This document shows positions 10,124-19,802 of a stretch of 64,000 nucleotides of DNA, piece after piece. Origin of the DNA: Candidatus Eremiobacteria bacterium (GTDB lineage Bacteria; Vulcanimicrobiota; Vulcanimicrobiia; Vulcanimicrobiales; Vulcanimicrobiaceae); NCBI GenBank assembly GCA_963758295.1, contig CAVWUU010000004.1:480001-544000 (forward strand), given 5' to 3'. Under the pieces are notes generated by a model. That model made no database searches. It was not told the DNA's origin and worked only from the letters and a program-made list of their open reading frames with translations. Position 1 is the stretch's first letter; each line of letters begins with the position of its first letter. The translations under genes and the position numbers were made by a program.

Positions 10124-12443
10124 GCGAAGCCTCCTGCGCGCGAGCGATCAACCGTTCCAACTGCGATTTGCCGGGTAGATACTGGACGGGCCATTCTGCG
10201 CCGGAATACCCCAGTTGCGCAGCGGCATGAAGCGTCCAGGCGGGATCCGCTAAATGCGGCCTTCCAAGCGCAACGAGATCGGCGCGGCCGGCCGCAACGA
10301 TGGCATTGACCTGATCCGGCTCCGTGACGTTGCCGACGGCCATCGTCGCCATTCCCGTTTCGTTTCGAATCCGGTCGGCATACGGCGTTTGAAACATGCG
10401 TCCGTACACAGGTTTGGCGCCCGGATGGGTTTGGCCGGTCGAGACGTCGATCAAATCGGCGCCCGCGTCGCGGAATGCACGCGCAATCTGCACTGCGTCC
10501 TCGCCCGTGATGCCGCCCTCATACCAATCGGTCGCGGAAATGCGTACGGACATCGGGCGGTCGTCAGGCCAGATTGCGCGCATCGAGGCAAAGATTTCGA
10601 GCGGGTAGCGCAAGCGATTCTCGAGCGAACCGCCGTACTCGTCGGTTCGCTGATTGCTGAGCGGAGTAATGAAACTGGAGAGCAGATAGCCGTGCGCGCA
10701 GTGCAGTTCGAGCATGTCAAAACCGGCTTCGATTGCCATGCGCGTAGCGCGTTCGAACTCGGCACGTATTTTCTGCATTTCTTCGCGATCGAGTTCGCGT
10801 GGAATTTGGTTTGCGGGTGAATAGGGCACGGCCGACGGGCCGACGACGTCCCAATTGCCCGCCGCAAGCGGCTCGTCCATGCCCTCCCACATCAGGCGCG
10901 TGGAGCCTTTGCGTCCGGAGTGACCGAGCTGGAGGCAAATTTTCGCGCCGCTCCAGTCGTGCACGAAGTCAACGAGGCGCTTGAAAGCCGGAACATGTTC
11001 GGGAAGGTACATGCCGCAACAGCCTGGGGAGATGCGGCCCTCACGCGAGACGCACGTCATCTCCGTAAATACCAAACCAGCACCGCCAAGCGCGCGCGCG
11101 CCGAGATGTACGAGATGGAAATCGTTGGGCATACCGTCGACCGCGCTGTACATGTCCATGGGCGACACCACAACGCGGTTGCGCAAGACGAGCCGGCGCA
11201 AGCGGAGTGAAGTGAACATTGGCGGGACCGGCGCTTCGAGCGTCATCTCGCCGTTGGCGCGCGCGGCGGCATGGGCCCGCTGCGCGAACCATTCCTCCAT
11301 CCGTTCGACGTATATACTATCGCGCAACCTCAGGTTCTCGTGACCGATCCGCTGGCTGCGGGTCAGCAAGCTGTACGCAAACTGCTCGGGCGGCAGCACA
11401 GCATAGCGTGCGACGTTCTCGAACCATTCAGTCGAATTGCGCGCCGCGTTTTGGAGCTTCAGCACCTCGATTTTGCGAGCGGCCTCATATTCGCGCATTG
11501 CAAGCGCTACGTCGCCTTCGCGGCCGAGCGCCTCAACGAGGGCGATCGCATCTTCGAGCGCTAGCTTGGTTCCCGAGCCAACCGAAAAGTGCGCGGTGTG
11601 CGCGGCATCACCAATCAGGACCACGTTCTCATGCACCCACGAGTCGTTGCTCACGCGCGTGAAGTTGATCCAGTCCCGCCCTCGCAAGTGCGCGCTATTG
11701 GCCATAAGGCCGTGGCCTTTTAGGTACGGCGCGAATAAACGCTCGCAAAAGTCGATGGTCTCGCTGGTGTCCGCTTTGTCCAGCCCGTGCGCGAGCCACG
11801 TTTCTTCGCGGCATTCAACGATGAACGTGCTCGTGGTTTCGTCGAAGCGATACGCATGCACCGCGAACCAGCCGAACTCCGTCTGTTCGAAAATGAAGGT
11901 AAAAGCGTCGAGCGGCAAGGTGGTGCCGAGCCAGACAAACCGGCAAATCCGGCGATCGAGATTTGGCTTGAACGCGTCCGCGTACGCCGCCCGGATGCGG
12001 CTGTTGATGCCGTCGCTCGCAATAAGCAGGTCGCTCTCCTCGCGGTACGCCGCCACGTTTTCGACGTCCGTTTCAAACGCGAGGTTGACACCCAGTTCTT
12101 CGGCGCGGTCTTGCAGAATGTTCAGCAGCCGCTTGCGCGCGATGCCCGAAAACCCATGACCGCCTGAAATCGTCTTGGTGTCCTTGAAGTTGATCTCGAT
12201 ATCGTCCCAATGTGCGAACGACGACGTGATCGCCTCGTGCGTCGGCGCGTCGGCGGCGCGTAGCTTGTCGAGCGTCGCATCCGAAAAGACAACACCCCAC
12301 CCAAACGTGTCGTGCGGGCGATTGCGCTCGGCCACGGTCACGTCCCAATGCGGAAAGCGCTGTTTCGCAAGGATTGCCGTATACAGTCCTGCGGGTCCGC
12401 CTCCGACACAAGTTACGCGCAGCGGCGCCGACGTCGTCTTCAT
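10113..12443 (-). CDS. abmA: Bifunctional anthraniloyl-CoA monooxygenase/reductase (salicylyl-CoA 5-hydroxylase)
   Basis: N-terminal FAD monooxygenase ([32 protein letters not shown]) fused to OYE domain ([16 protein letters not shown]). Confidence 0.88.
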   Translation of the reverse strand: MKTTSAPLRVTCVGGGPAGLYTAILAKQRFPHWDVTVAERNRPHDTFGWGVVFSDATLDKLRAADAPTHEAITSSFAHWDDIEINFKDTKTISGGHGFSGIARKRLLNILQDRAEELGVNLAFETDVENVAAYREESDLLIASDGINSRIRAAYADAFKPNLDRRICRFVWLGTTLPLDAFTFIFEQTEFGWFAVHAYRFDETTSTFIVECREETWLAHGLDKADTSETIDFCERLFAPYLKGHGLMANSAHLRGRDWINFTRVSNDSWVHENVVLIGDAAHTAHFSVGSGTKLALEDAIALVEALGREGDVALAMREYEAARKIEVLKLQNAARNSTEWFENVARYAVLPPEQFAYSLLTRSQRIGHENLRLRDSIYVERMEEWFAQRAHAAARANGEMTLEAPVPPMFTSLRLRRLVLRNRVVVSPMDMYSAVDGMPNDFHLVHLGARALGGAGLVFTEMTCVSREGRISPGCCGMYLPEHVPAFKRLVDFVHDWSGAKICLQLGHSGRKGSTRLMWEGMDEPLAAGNWDVVGPSAVPYSPANQIPRELDREEMQKIRAEFERATRMAIEAGFDMLELHCAHGYLLSSFITPLSNQRTDEYGGSLENRLRYPLEIFASMRAIWPDDRPMSVRISATDWYEGGITGEDAVQIARAFRDAGADLIDVSTGQTHPGAKPVYGRMFQTPYADRIRNETGMATMAVGNVTEPDQVNAIVAAGRADLVALGRPHLADPAWTLHAAAQLGYSGAEWPVQYLPGKSQLERLIARAQEASHAI

Positions 12444-12483
12444 CTCGGTCTAGAATAATCCAAAATCTGCGGGGCGCCTCTTT

Positions 12484-13257
12484 TCACAAGTCGCCGTCAT
12501 ACTCGACGACGAGCGGCGCATGGTCGGAAAAGCGTTCTTCCCGGTACACGTACGCGTCGCGGATACGCGGCCGCAGGTCGGGCGTAACGAGCTGGTAGTC
12601 AATACGCCACCCGCGATCTTTCTCGAACGCCTGCTGGAAGTTGGACCACCACGTGTAGATGCCGGGCTCCGGACGAACCTGGCGCATTGCATCGATCCAG
12701 CCGCTCGAGAGCACGCGTTCCATCCACGCGCGCTCCTGTGGAAGAAATCCGGTGACGCGAATCGCCGCTTTCGGGTTGAAGACGTCGATCTCCCGATGGG
12801 CGACGTTGTAATCGCCGCACAGGATGCGGCTCTTGCTCTCTCTCTTGGCTCGTGTAAGCCACGCCTCGAAGAGATCGAGAAAGTTTTCTTTCCAGCGCTG
12901 GCGCTCGAGTCCCATCGTGCCGGAAGGCACGTAGAGCGATCCGATGGCCAGCGACCCGAACTCGATTTCTACGTAGCGGCCTTCCGCGTCATACTGCGGC
13001 CAGCCGAAACCAACGTTCGTGCGATCGGGCTGCCGTTTACTATAGATTCCGACGCCGCTGTAGCCCTTACGCTCTGCATCGGAAAAGACCGAAAAGTACG
13101 GCGAAAGATGTTCCGCGTCGAAAGGCACTTGGTACTCTTGCGCTTTGGTCTCCTGTAGACAGATAACGTCCGGATCGACGCGCGAAAGCCAGCCGAAGAG
13201 CCCTTTGCGCGAGGCCGAACGGATCCCGTTGCAGTTGAGCGAGACGACGCGGATCAG
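12484..13257 (-). CDS. xth: Exodeoxyribonuclease III, probable CTG start
   Basis: Frame extends past the tracked ORF to (L)IRVVSLNCNGIR...CLQETK; GDYNVAH, WRIDY and SDHAP motifs. Confidence 0.88.
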   Translation of the reverse strand: MIRVVSLNCNGIRSASRKGLFGWLSRVDPDVICLQETKAQEYQVPFDAEHLSPYFSVFSDAERKGYSGVGIYSKRQPDRTNVGFGWPQYDAEGRYVEIEFGSLAIGSLYVPSGTMGLERQRWKENFLDLFEAWLTRAKRESKSRILCGDYNVAHREIDVFNPKAAIRVTGFLPQERAWMERVLSSGWIDAMRQVRPEPGIYTWWSNFQQAFEKDRGWRIDYQLVTPDLRPRIRDAYVYREERFSDHAPLVVEYDGDL

Positions 13258-13925
13258 AGGCCGTTCCGCTTACGAGCCATCAGCAGGCCGTCGCCGATCG
13301 AGAGCAGCGTCGCGTCAACGCGTGTATCGTTGGCGGCCTTGGTGTTGATCGCGCGCAGCGCGGCAGTGTCTTCGTCGTTGTCCTTGTCATCCACCACGGC
13401 GCCGCTCCAGAGCACGTTGTCGATTAGCATCAGGCCGTTCGGCCGAAGCAAACGCAACGCATATTCGTAGTAGTTGTCGACATTGGGTTTATCGGCGTCG
13501 ATGAACGCGATATCAAACGGTGCGCACTCGTCGACCGCGAGACGTTCGAGCGTTTCGAGTGCGGGCGCTATTCGCAAGTCGATCTTTTCTTCGACGCCCG
13601 CTTGGCGCCAATATCGGCGGGCTACGGCGGTATAATCGTTACTGACGTCGCACGCCACGACTTGGGCGTTCGCCGGCATTGCGAGCGCCATTGCGAGCGA
13701 ACTGTAGCCGGTGAATACGCCGATTTCCAGGTATCGCTGCGCCGGCAGCAAACGCGCAAGCAACTGCATGAACTGTCCCTGGTCGGGACCGATCTGCATC
13801 TGCGCGTTCGGCATGGCCGCCGTTTCTTCTCTCAGCGCTCGAAGCGCCGGATGTTCGTCGACCACCATCGTGTCGACGATATATTTCTGAACCTTCGCGT
13901 CCATGAACGCGCTTCGTGCTGTCAT
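13254..13925 (-). CDS. Class I SAM-dependent O-methyltransferase (CCoAOMT-like)
   Basis: LEIGVFTGYS, FIDADK and DNVLWSG motifs. Confidence 0.9.
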   Translation of the reverse strand: MTARSAFMDAKVQKYIVDTMVVDEHPALRALREETAAMPNAQMQIGPDQGQFMQLLARLLPAQRYLEIGVFTGYSSLAMALAMPANAQVVACDVSNDYTAVARRYWRQAGVEEKIDLRIAPALETLERLAVDECAPFDIAFIDADKPNVDNYYEYALRLLRPNGLMLIDNVLWSGAVVDDKDNDEDTAALRAINTKAANDTRVDATLLSIGDGLLMARKRNGL

Positions 13926-15440
13926 GCAAGTACCGCCATATCTGCAACGATCGCGGCAGCCGCGCGTTTTCCGGGAAAGCCGCTTACGCAGCCCCCGGGA
14001 TGCGCGCCCGAACCGCAGAGGTATAAGCCGGCGACCGGCGTTCGCGTCGCGAACCGGTCCTCGTAAATCTGCCCCGGCAGCAGCTCGCCGTGAAAAATGT
14101 GGCCACCGATCAACCCGATGCGTGATTCGAGATCGCGCGCGGAAAGAATTTGACGCGCTTCGATGGCGTTAGGTAAATTCGGCGCGTGCCGGCCGAGCAT
14201 ATCGACGATCTTGTCGGCGGCGCGCTCCTTTGCGCCGTTGCTCCATCCATCCACGCGATCGTACGGAAAGTACTGCGCGAAAATCGACAGGATGTGTTTG
14301 CCGTTTGGCGCGAGCGTCGGGTCCGTCGGCGTTTGTAAGAAACATTCGATCAGCGGCTCCCGGCTTTCGCCGTGTGCGACGGCATCTTCGTATGCGTCCT
14401 GAAGATAGTCGATCGAAGGTGCTAGGTGAATCGTCGCCTTGTGATGCGGCTGCAGCGTTTGTTCCGGGGCGGGCCGTGAAATTCGGAAGCTCGCCCAGCG
14501 CAAGGTTGAGTTTCAAGCACGGACCGTTGGTCTTCCACTCCCGTACTTTATCCGCGAACGCGCCGTCGAGCACGCCTCCGTCGAGCAGGTTCAGAAAAGT
14601 AATGCGCGGATGGGCGTTAGACGCTACGGCTCGCGCGGCAATATCTCGTCCGTCTTCGAGCAGGACGCCCGTCACCCGGCGGTCATAGGTTAGAATTCGC
14701 TCGACACGGGCGTCGGAAAAGATCTGCGCGCCGTACCTTTGCGCGGCCGACGCCAACGCTTGAGCGATGGAGCCCATTCCACCGCGGACGTATCCCCACG
14801 CGCCCTGTTCGCCCATGGCGCGGCCGGCATTATGATGCGCGAGCACGTACCCCGTTCCGCGGTTGCGCGGACCCAAGTAGGTTCCCACTAAGCCGTCGTT
14901 CACGAGACCCGCTTGTAAAACGGGCGTCCTAACGTACCGCTCTACGAGTTCGGCGGCCGACCCCTCGAGCATCGCACGCGTTTCATCGTCGAAGCCGTCG
15001 AAGCGCGGTTCTTCATCGGAAAACGTGTCAAAGAGCGCGCGTCCTAATCGCGCGACGCGTTCTTCGAAGCCATTGAAGCCCGCGACGTCGCGAACGTCGA
15101 ACCGCGAAATTTCCGCAGCGTCGTTTTCGTCGCTTACGCCGAGCAACATCGAGCGCCCATCGAGCAACGGCGTGAATTCCCACGGAAGCTTTCGATAGGC
15201 GTCGTAGCCGTGCGACCGTAACTCTAGCGTGTCGATCAGCCACGGATCGAGCAGGCTTACGACGTACGAGGCAGCCGATACCGTATATCCCGGCCAAACA
15301 TCGCGTTCGCTCACCGACGCCCCGCCTATGCGATCCCTGCACTCGAAGACGGCAACGCGCAACCCGCTCTTGGCCAGCAACGCCGCACAGGCAAGACCGT
15401 TATGACCGGCGCCGACGACCGCTACGTCGAAGGTATCCAT
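13922..15440 (-). CDS. Phytoene dehydrogenase-like FAD oxidoreductase, one frameshift near 14459
   Basis: GAGHNGL N-terminus (ORF 14169-15479) and GGHIFHGEL/GAHPGGCVSG C-terminus (ORF 13922-14503) join if one A is removed. Confidence 0.8.
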
Positions 15441-15473
15441 GGGCTTGTTGTACGAACTGCGTCTAGCACATTC

Positions 15474-15662
15474 ATGCAACGGCGAAATCGAATCATCTTA
15501 GCCGCCATCCCGCTTGCAGCGCTAAGTATTGCCGTGCCCTTCGTCAATAGAGTCGAGCCCAGGATCCTTGGACTGCCGTTCCTGTTGGCGTGGATTGCCT
15601 TCTGGGTCTGCTTGACGCCCTTTTTCATTTGGCAGATCGGCCGCACCGAGGGCCGCTGGTGA
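15474..15662 (+). CDS. DUF3311-family small membrane protein
   Basis: PFVNRVEPRILGLPFLLAW; GTGA overlap with symporter. Confidence 0.8.
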   Translation: MQRRNRIILAAIPLAALSIAVPFVNRVEPRILGLPFLLAWIAFWVCLTPFFIWQIGRTEGRW

Positions 15663-17126
15663 GCTCCATCAGCTCGCTCGGCGTCATCGCGACGATCGTT
15701 ATAGGAACGGTCCTATTCGCGCTCTTGAATGTCCGGCGCGTTCGCATGTCGCCGCAGGAGTACATTGTCGGCGGCCGTGGGTTCGGCTCGGTATTTCTGT
15801 GGGTGCTTCTGGCCGGCGAGATCTATACGAGCTTTACGTTCCTTGGTGCGGCCGGATGGACGTACAGTTTCGGTGCGCCGGCATTTTACATTATGGCCTA
15901 CGGCACAGTGGGCTACGTTCTCGGATATTTCTTGGTGCCGGCGATTTGGCGCGTCGGGAAAGAACGTGGGCTTCTCACGGCCCCGGATTTCTTCGCATCG
16001 GTTTATAAAAGCAAACAGTTGGGCGTGCTGGTCGCCGCAATTCAGTGCGTCGCGGTCATTCCGTACGTCACGTTGCAGTTGAGCGGTTTGCAACTCTTTC
16101 TTACGATTGGCGGGTACGGGAAGATAAATGCGCAAGCCGGCGCGGTGCGTCAGTTTTCTTATAATCATCGCGTTCGTTTACCTTACGGGCTTGCGTGGAA
16201 CGGCGTGGGCCAGCATCGTCAAAGACGCGCTCGTGATCGGCGCACTGCTCTTCGTCGGGCTGGCGATTCCCATTCACTTTTTCGGCTCGCCCGCCGGCAT
16301 GTTCGATCAGCTGCTGCGCGCGCATCCGGCGGCTCTTACGCTTCAATCGGTTACCGGTACGCGAGGCGCCGTTTGGTTCGTTTCAACGGTGCTGTTAACC
16401 GGAATAGGTTTCTACATGGGACCGCATTCGTTCGCAGCGATTTACAGCGCCAAAGACGATACGGCCCTGCGTCGCAACGCGATGTTCTTGCCGGTTTACC
16501 AGCTCGCAATGTTGCTCGTCTTCTTCGCCGGGTTCAGCGCGCTGCTCATCGTTCCGGGCCTGAAAGGTCCCGGCGCCGATCAGTCATTCATGCTGGTGGT
16601 GCAACGCTACTACCCCGCGTGGGTTCTCGGCTTCGTTGCAGCTGCCGGTTCCCTGTGCGCGCTCGTTCCGTCCACGGCGCTGCTGCTCAGCTCGGCCAGC
16701 ATCATGTCGAAAAATATCTTCGGCGATTGCTTCGGAATGGGGCTCGACGATCGCGGACGCGTGGCCATCACGCGCTCGATGGTGCTGGTGATAGGACTGC
16801 TTTCACTAGCCCTGTGGCTTGCGTTCAAAACAACGCTCGTTGAACTGCTGCTGCTCTTTTATAACGGCATCTCGCAGTTTGCGCCTGGTGTAATTCTCGC
16901 GTTCTTGTGGAAGCGGACCACGGCGTGGGGCGTTGGGTGCGGCATCGTAGCCGGCGTAACGCTCGCCCTTTACCTGGCCGCTACGAACGCCGCGCCATTG
17001 GGTTTGAACGCCGGGTTCGTCGGCTTGTGCTTGAACGTCATCGTGCTCGCGTGCGTGTCGCTATTCGAAAAAGAAAAGAGCCCATCGCTCGACGGACTCT
17101 TGCTTCGACAAGCCGGGGATGACTAA
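15659..17126 (+). CDS. Sodium:solute symporter, one frameshift near 16145
   Basis: EYIVGGRGFG and GEIYTSFTFLG in first frame; GLRGTAWASIVKD onward in second frame. Confidence 0.8.
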
Positions 17127-17129
17127 AAG

Positions 17130-17456
17130 CTACCGATAGCTGGCGCGCGACTGGAAACAGTCTCGGCAGTAGACCGGTTTGTCGCCGCGAGGATTGAACG
17201 GCACTTCCGCGGTGTTTCCGCATTGGCTGCACGTTGCTTGGAACATCTCACGCGGGCGGCTCGCACCACGCTCGGCGTCTCCGCCGCCACCGCCGTTCCC
17301 GTTTTGCGATCGCATCGCTTTGCGGGCGTTACGGCAATCGGGACAACGGTTGGGCTTATTCTGGAAGCCTTTTTGCTCGTAAAAGCGTTGTTCGCCCGAA
17401 CTGAACACAAATTGGCGTCCGCAATCAACACAGTTAAGCATTTCATCTACGTACAC
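17130..17456 (-). CDS. Zinc-ribbon / CxxC-x17-CxxC domain protein
   Basis: CVDC...CPDC and CSQC...PVYCRDC; SD GAGGAG. Confidence 0.85.
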   Translation of the reverse strand: MYVDEMLNCVDCGRQFVFSSGEQRFYEQKGFQNKPNRCPDCRNARKAMRSQNGNGGGGGDAERGASRPREMFQATCSQCGNTAEVPFNPRGDKPVYCRDCFQSRASYR

Positions 17457-17551
17457 GGAACGAGAAACTCCTCAAGATTACGTGGTTGCCGGGGACGACT
17501 CTAGTTGAAACGATCCGGTACGTCTGGGAAACCACGCAATAACGTTAATGG

Positions 17552-17983
17552 TTAGCTGTAACGCTTCGATCCGACAATGGAATCGAAAACTTCTTCGAAG
17601 ATGTACAAAGGTCCAATAAGGAGATACACCAGGTTCTCTAAGAACTTGGGTTTTGTGCCTTCCAAACGGTGACCGGCCAACTGGAAAACCCATCCGAGGA
17701 TAAAGGCCCCAAGATTCGCCTGCCACGGTAATCGAATCGCGACCGCATAGAGAATCGCGAAAACGATCAGTGAGAGCAGGGCTCCGCGTAGATCGAGCGC
17801 GGCGTAATAGATGAGGACGGCGATCGCGGCCACAACCGCGAGGTCGACCGGGCCAAGCCGCACGAGCGACATGAGTCCCAAAATCCCCAGCACGATCGAC
17901 GGTATTCCGAACGCATGGCAAAGCCGATTGCGGCGGTCCGAATGGTAGGCACCGTATTCCGAAAAAAGCTCCGACTTGTTCAT
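17552..17983 (-). CDS. DUF962 / Mpo1-like membrane protein
   Basis: YHSDRRNRLCHAFGIP and FQLAGHRLEG motifs. Confidence 0.85.
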   Translation of the reverse strand: MNKSELFSEYGAYHSDRRNRLCHAFGIPSIVLGILGLMSLVRLGPVDLAVVAAIAVLIYYAALDLRGALLSLIVFAILYAVAIRLPWQANLGAFILGWVFQLAGHRLEGTKPKFLENLVYLLIGPLYIFEEVFDSIVGSKRYS

Positions 17984-18086
17984 TCCTGGACTACCTTGCA
18001 AGAACGTGTGCGGGCATCTGCGACTCGTGCGACTTAAGTCCCTGCCCGACGGGGTCCACGTGCGCAAATACAGAATTGCGAGATCC

Positions 18087-19265
18087 ATGACTGCGAGCAT
18101 CACTATTCCTCAGCGGCTGGTAGATGACGTCGTGCTGATCCGGCGCGATTTGCACATGCATCCGGAGCTCGGCTTCGAGGAACACCGGACCGCGGGAATC
18201 GTCGCCGACCGTTTGCGCATGCTCGGCTTCGACGTGCACGAAGGCGTTGGCCGCACCGGAGTCGTCGGAGTGATGCGCGGCACACGTCCGGGCCGCACGA
18301 TCATGCTGCGTGCCGACATGGACGCCTTGCCGATCCTCGAGGAACGCGATCACTCCTACCGCTCGCAGGCCGACGGACGGATGCATGCTTGCGGCCACGA
18401 CGGTCACGTGGCTATTCTGCTCGGCGCGGCGGCCCTAATCGCCGATCGCAAAGGCGATCTCGCGGGCACGGTTTGTCTCGTTTTCCAGCCGGCCGAAGAA
18501 GGCTTGGGCGGCGCGAAAAAGATGATCGAAGATGGGCTCTTCGAGCGGTTTTCCATCGAGCGCGCGTACGGGTTGCATCTCTCGACGAAGTACGCCACGG
18601 GCGTGCTCGGCTTCCGCGAAGGCCCGATGTACGCATCGAGCGATTCCATCGAAATTGAAGTGCTCGGTGTCGGCGGTCATGGTTCCGCTCCGCACGATGC
18701 GGTCGACCCCATCTACACCGCGGCGAATTTCATTACATCGGTGCAGCAAATCGTGTCGCGCCAAGTCGATCCGCTGGAGCCGGCCGTCGTAACAGTCGGC
18801 GCCATCAACGGCGGCACGGTGCACAATGTGATTCCCCGTACCTGCAAGATGCTAGGGACGGTTCGCGCTTTCTCCGACGAAGTTCGCGAAGCGATGCCCG
18901 ACCGTATCGAACGCGTCTTGCGTTCTTGCTGCGATGCTTCCGGCGCTTCGTACAACTTTGAGTACCTGTGGCGCTATCCGGTAACCGCGAACGATGCGCA
19001 ACAGACGCAATTCGCGCGTGCGCTTGCGGCAAAGATCGCCGGTGATTCGATGGTCGTCGATGCCGCCATGCTGATGGGGGCCGAAGACTTCTCCTTCTAC
19101 GCCCAGCGCGTGCCGTCGTGCTTTTACACGCTCGGCTGCAGCGGTGATGAAGAAACCAGCTATCCGCACCACTCGAGCCTTTTCGATATCGACGAAGGCG
19201 CGTTACCGAACGGCGTAGCTATGATGACGGCGTTGGCCTTCGACGCACCGCGCAACGCCCCGTGA
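18087..19265 (+). CDS. M20D family amidohydrolase
   Basis: HPELGFEE, RADMDALP, MHACGHDGH, QPAEE and EDF motifs. Confidence 0.92.
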   Translation: MTASITIPQRLVDDVVLIRRDLHMHPELGFEEHRTAGIVADRLRMLGFDVHEGVGRTGVVGVMRGTRPGRTIMLRADMDALPILEERDHSYRSQADGRMHACGHDGHVAILLGAAALIADRKGDLAGTVCLVFQPAEEGLGGAKKMIEDGLFERFSIERAYGLHLSTKYATGVLGFREGPMYASSDSIEIEVLGVGGHGSAPHDAVDPIYTAANFITSVQQIVSRQVDPLEPAVVTVGAINGGTVHNVIPRTCKMLGTVRAFSDEVREAMPDRIERVLRSCCDASGASYNFEYLWRYPVTANDAQQTQFARALAAKIAGDSMVVDAAMLMGAEDFSFYAQRVPSCFYTLGCSGDEETSYPHHSSLFDIDEGALPNGVAMMTALAFDAPRNAP

Positions 19266-19798
19266 GCGAAGAGTTCGACACGCCGCCGATTCCGGCCGTC
19301 ATCGAACCCTCAGGTCTAAACGACTATTTCGAAGTGATGACGCGCGCCGTTTTCCAGGCCGGCGTTAGCTGGGCGCAAATCGCCAAACGGTGGAATAGTT
19401 ACGGGCGGGCATTCGACAATTTCGATGTCGTGCGAGTTGCCGCATACGATTCCATGGAGGTCGAGCGCGTGCTGGCCGAGCCGGGCATTTTGAGGATGCG
19501 CCGGAAAGTCGATGCAACGATTGCCAACGCTGCGGCGCTTATAAAAGTACAAACCGACTTTGGGTCCTTTCACGATTACGTCGCGTCTTTTGATACGTAT
19601 GAAGCGCTTGCAAAAGACGTAAAGCGGCGCTTTAAATTCATGGGCGACATGAACGTTTGGTATCTGCTCTTCCGCGTCGGGGAACCGGTTCCGCGATTGG
19701 AACCGTGGCTCGCCACGATCGATGGCGAGCACCCGCGTATGCGTGAAATGGTCGAGGCTGCGCGCGCGTCCGGACGTTCGTCCGAACGCGCGCAGTAG
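19262..19798 (+). CDS. DNA-3-methyladenine glycosylase I family protein
   Basis: FQAGVSW and ATIANA motifs. Confidence 0.75.
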   Translation: MSEEFDTPPIPAVIEPSGLNDYFEVMTRAVFQAGVSWAQIAKRWNSYGRAFDNFDVVRVAAYDSMEVERVLAEPGILRMRRKVDATIANAAALIKVQTDFGSFHDYVASFDTYEALAKDVKRRFKFMGDMNVWYLLFRVGEPVPRLEPWLATIDGEHPRMREMVEAARASGRSSERAQ

Positions 19799-19802
19799 CT
19801 TC

